A stretch of DNA of 32,000 nucleotides. Origin: Thalassospira marina. GTDB taxonomy: Bacteria; Pseudomonadota; Alphaproteobacteria; Rhodospirillales; Thalassospiraceae. Below, piece by piece: positions 30,599-32,000 of this stretch (position 1 is the first letter of the stretch; each line of letters starts with the position of its first letter). The stretch lies in the NCBI RefSeq assembly GCF_002844375.1, contig NZ_CP024199.1:1297815-1329814 (forward strand), read 5' to 3'. The position numbers and the translations under genes were made by a program. The notes under the pieces are model-generated. The model ran no database searches, had not been told where the DNA came from, and saw only the letters and a list, made by a program, of their open reading frames with translations.

Positions 30599-31384
30599 CT
30601 AGGCTGCGCGTACATCACGGATATAGCTGCGCAATTCGTGCACCAGATCGGTAAATGGCTGGGTAAAGGTTGTTTCCTGGTCCCGCGGACGGGGCAGGGT
30701 GTTTTCGCGTGCCACCAGTATTTTGCCCGGCCGTTTGGACATCACATAAACCGTGTCGGCCAGATAGGCGGCCTCGCGCAGATCATGGGTGACCAGAATC
30801 ACGGTAAAGGGCCGCTTTATCCAAAGATTTTGCAAAATGTCCCACAATTCTTCGCGGGTAAAAGCATCAAGTGCGCCAAAGGGCTCGTCAAGCATCAGCA
30901 GGTCGGGTTCATGTATCAGGGCGCGGCACAGCGAAGCGCGTTGCTGCATCCCTCCTGAAAGCTCCCAGGGATATTTGTTTTCGTACCCGGCCAGTCCGAC
31001 AGTTGCCAAAAGCTCTTTGGCGCGTTCGATATATTCCTGCTTGTGTTTGCGAATGCGGCTGCGATGGGGTTTTACAATTTCCAGCGGCAGCAGCACGTTA
31101 TCAAGCGTTGTGCGCCAGGGCAGCAGGGTCGGGTTCTGAAATGCCATGCCAACAATCTTAAGCGGTCCGGCCACTTCGTGGGCATCCACGATGACCGTAC
31201 CTTCGCTGGGGGGCATCAATCCCGATACCAGTTTCAGCAGGGATGATTTGCCACATCCCGAAGGTCCGACAACGGCAATAAACTCGCCCTTGCGGATCTT
31301 CATATCCGTCGTATCAAGCGCAAGGTCATCCCCCTCGCTATAACGCAGCGTGACATTGTTTAGCTCGACAAAACTGCTCGACAC
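30599..31384 (-). CDS. ABC transporter ATP-binding protein (NitT/TauT-like)
   Basis: Walker A GPSGCGKSSLL; Q-loop FQNPTLLPWRTTLDNV; signature LSGGMQQRASLCRAL; Walker B LLMLDEPFGALD; GTG at 31384 starts (M)SSSFVELNNVTLRYSEG. Confidence 0.95.
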   Translation of the reverse strand: MSSSFVELNNVTLRYSEGDDLALDTTDMKIRKGEFIAVVGPSGCGKSSLLKLVSGLMPPSEGTVIVDAHEVAGPLKIVGMAFQNPTLLPWRTTLDNVLLPLEIVKPHRSRIRKHKQEYIERAKELLATVGLAGYENKYPWELSGGMQQRASLCRALIHEPDLLMLDEPFGALDAFTREELWDILQNLWIKRPFTVILVTHDLREAAYLADTVYVMSKRPGKILVARENTLPRPRDQETTFTQPFTDLVHELRSYIRDVRAA

Positions 31385-31433
31385 AGCCTTATTCTCCCTG
31401 CTGTCCTGGTGCTTGGCGCGTTTGTTATTTGTG

Positions 31434-32000
31434 TTATTTGATTTTGCGTTCTTCTTCGCCCGGCATGTAAATGCTGGTGAAAATATCGGCAACTTTCGGC
31501 GGGTTCTGCAGGCCAAAGGCCAGGCTGACCTGTTCGATGGCTTTTTCCATGCGGTCGGTCGAAATCGGGCCCATGCCATGTGCCAGGACTTCGTCGGTAA
31601 TGACGTTATCCTCGATCACCATGTTCAGGCGTTCGGTTTCCAGGTCCGGGTCGATCAGCGGGTCAACTTCCTTAAGGGCTTCAATCGCCTCTTCGGGGTT
31701 GGCAATCGCATCGCGCCAGCCTTTGACAACCGCGCGCAGGAAACCGCGCAACTGGTCACCATGATTTTCCATCATGTCCTTGGATGCCAGAATGCCGTTG
31801 CCATAAAAATCCAGGCCGTAATCGGCATATTTGAAGACAACCATGTCTTCCTTTTTGATGCCCTGGTTTTCAAGGTTCAGGACCGATGTAAAATAGTGAC
31901 CCGAAATGCCATCCACATCGCCGCGCACCAGCATCGGTTCGCGCAGGGGCGGGTCCATCGCTTCCCATTTCACATCATCAAGCGATAACCCGGTTGCCTT
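31434..32000 (-). CDS. ABC transporter substrate-binding protein, NMT1/ThiY-like (5' part outside window)
   Basis: Open to window edge: KATGLSLDDVKWEAMDPPLREPMLVRGDVDGISGHYFTSVLNLENQGIKKEDMVVFKYADYGLDFYGNGILASKDMMENHGDQLRGFLRAVVKGWRDAIANPEEAI; lies upstream of its ATPase and permease. Confidence 0.88.
   Translation of the reverse strand, partial: KATGLSLDDVKWEAMDPPLREPMLVRGDVDGISGHYFTSVLNLENQGIKKEDMVVFKYADYGLDFYGNGILASKDMMENHGDQLRGFLRAVVKGWRDAIANPEEAIEALKEVDPLIDPDLETERLNMVIEDNVITDEVLAHGMGPISTDRMEKAIEQVSLAFGLQNPPKVADIFTSIYMPGEEERKIK

Overview
This window is a chromosomal housekeeping region from an alphaproteobacterium; gene order and protein character suggest Rhodospirillales/Thalassospira-like, which is inference. 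Positions 1-19455 hold the 3' end of rpoC and the continuous str-S10-spc-alpha ribosomal supercluster: rpsL, rpsG, fusA, tuf, rpsJ, rplC, rplD, rplW, rplB, rpsS, rplV, rpsC, rplP, rpmC, rpsQ, rplN, rplX, rplE, rpsN, rpsH, rplF, rplR, rpsE, rpmD, rplO, secY, adk, rpsM, rpsK, rpoA, rplQ. It ends at a strong intrinsic terminator. After this come a Do-like (DegP/MucD) protease, RarA/MgsA, an FMN-dependent azoreductase, a DUF1499-like protein, CrcB/Fluc, an RluA-family pseudouridine synthase, a small Cys-rich hypothetical protein (minus strand), two HAD hydrolases, an SRPBCC/AHSA1 protein, a Tat-type dienelactone hydrolase, and a minus-strand NitT/TauT-type ABC importer cut by the window edge. I see no phage, transposon, CRISPR, toxin-antitoxin, defence or biosynthetic system, and nothing I can honestly call a new multigene system. 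The most interesting signals are non-coding. A series of stable hairpins lies at the gene-block boundaries of the ribosomal cluster, including a hairpin just upstream of rpsJ that ties up the only SD-like sequence, and a promoter plus attenuator-like hairpin in the rpsL leader. All hairpins were found and paired by eye; no folding energies or database searches were run.
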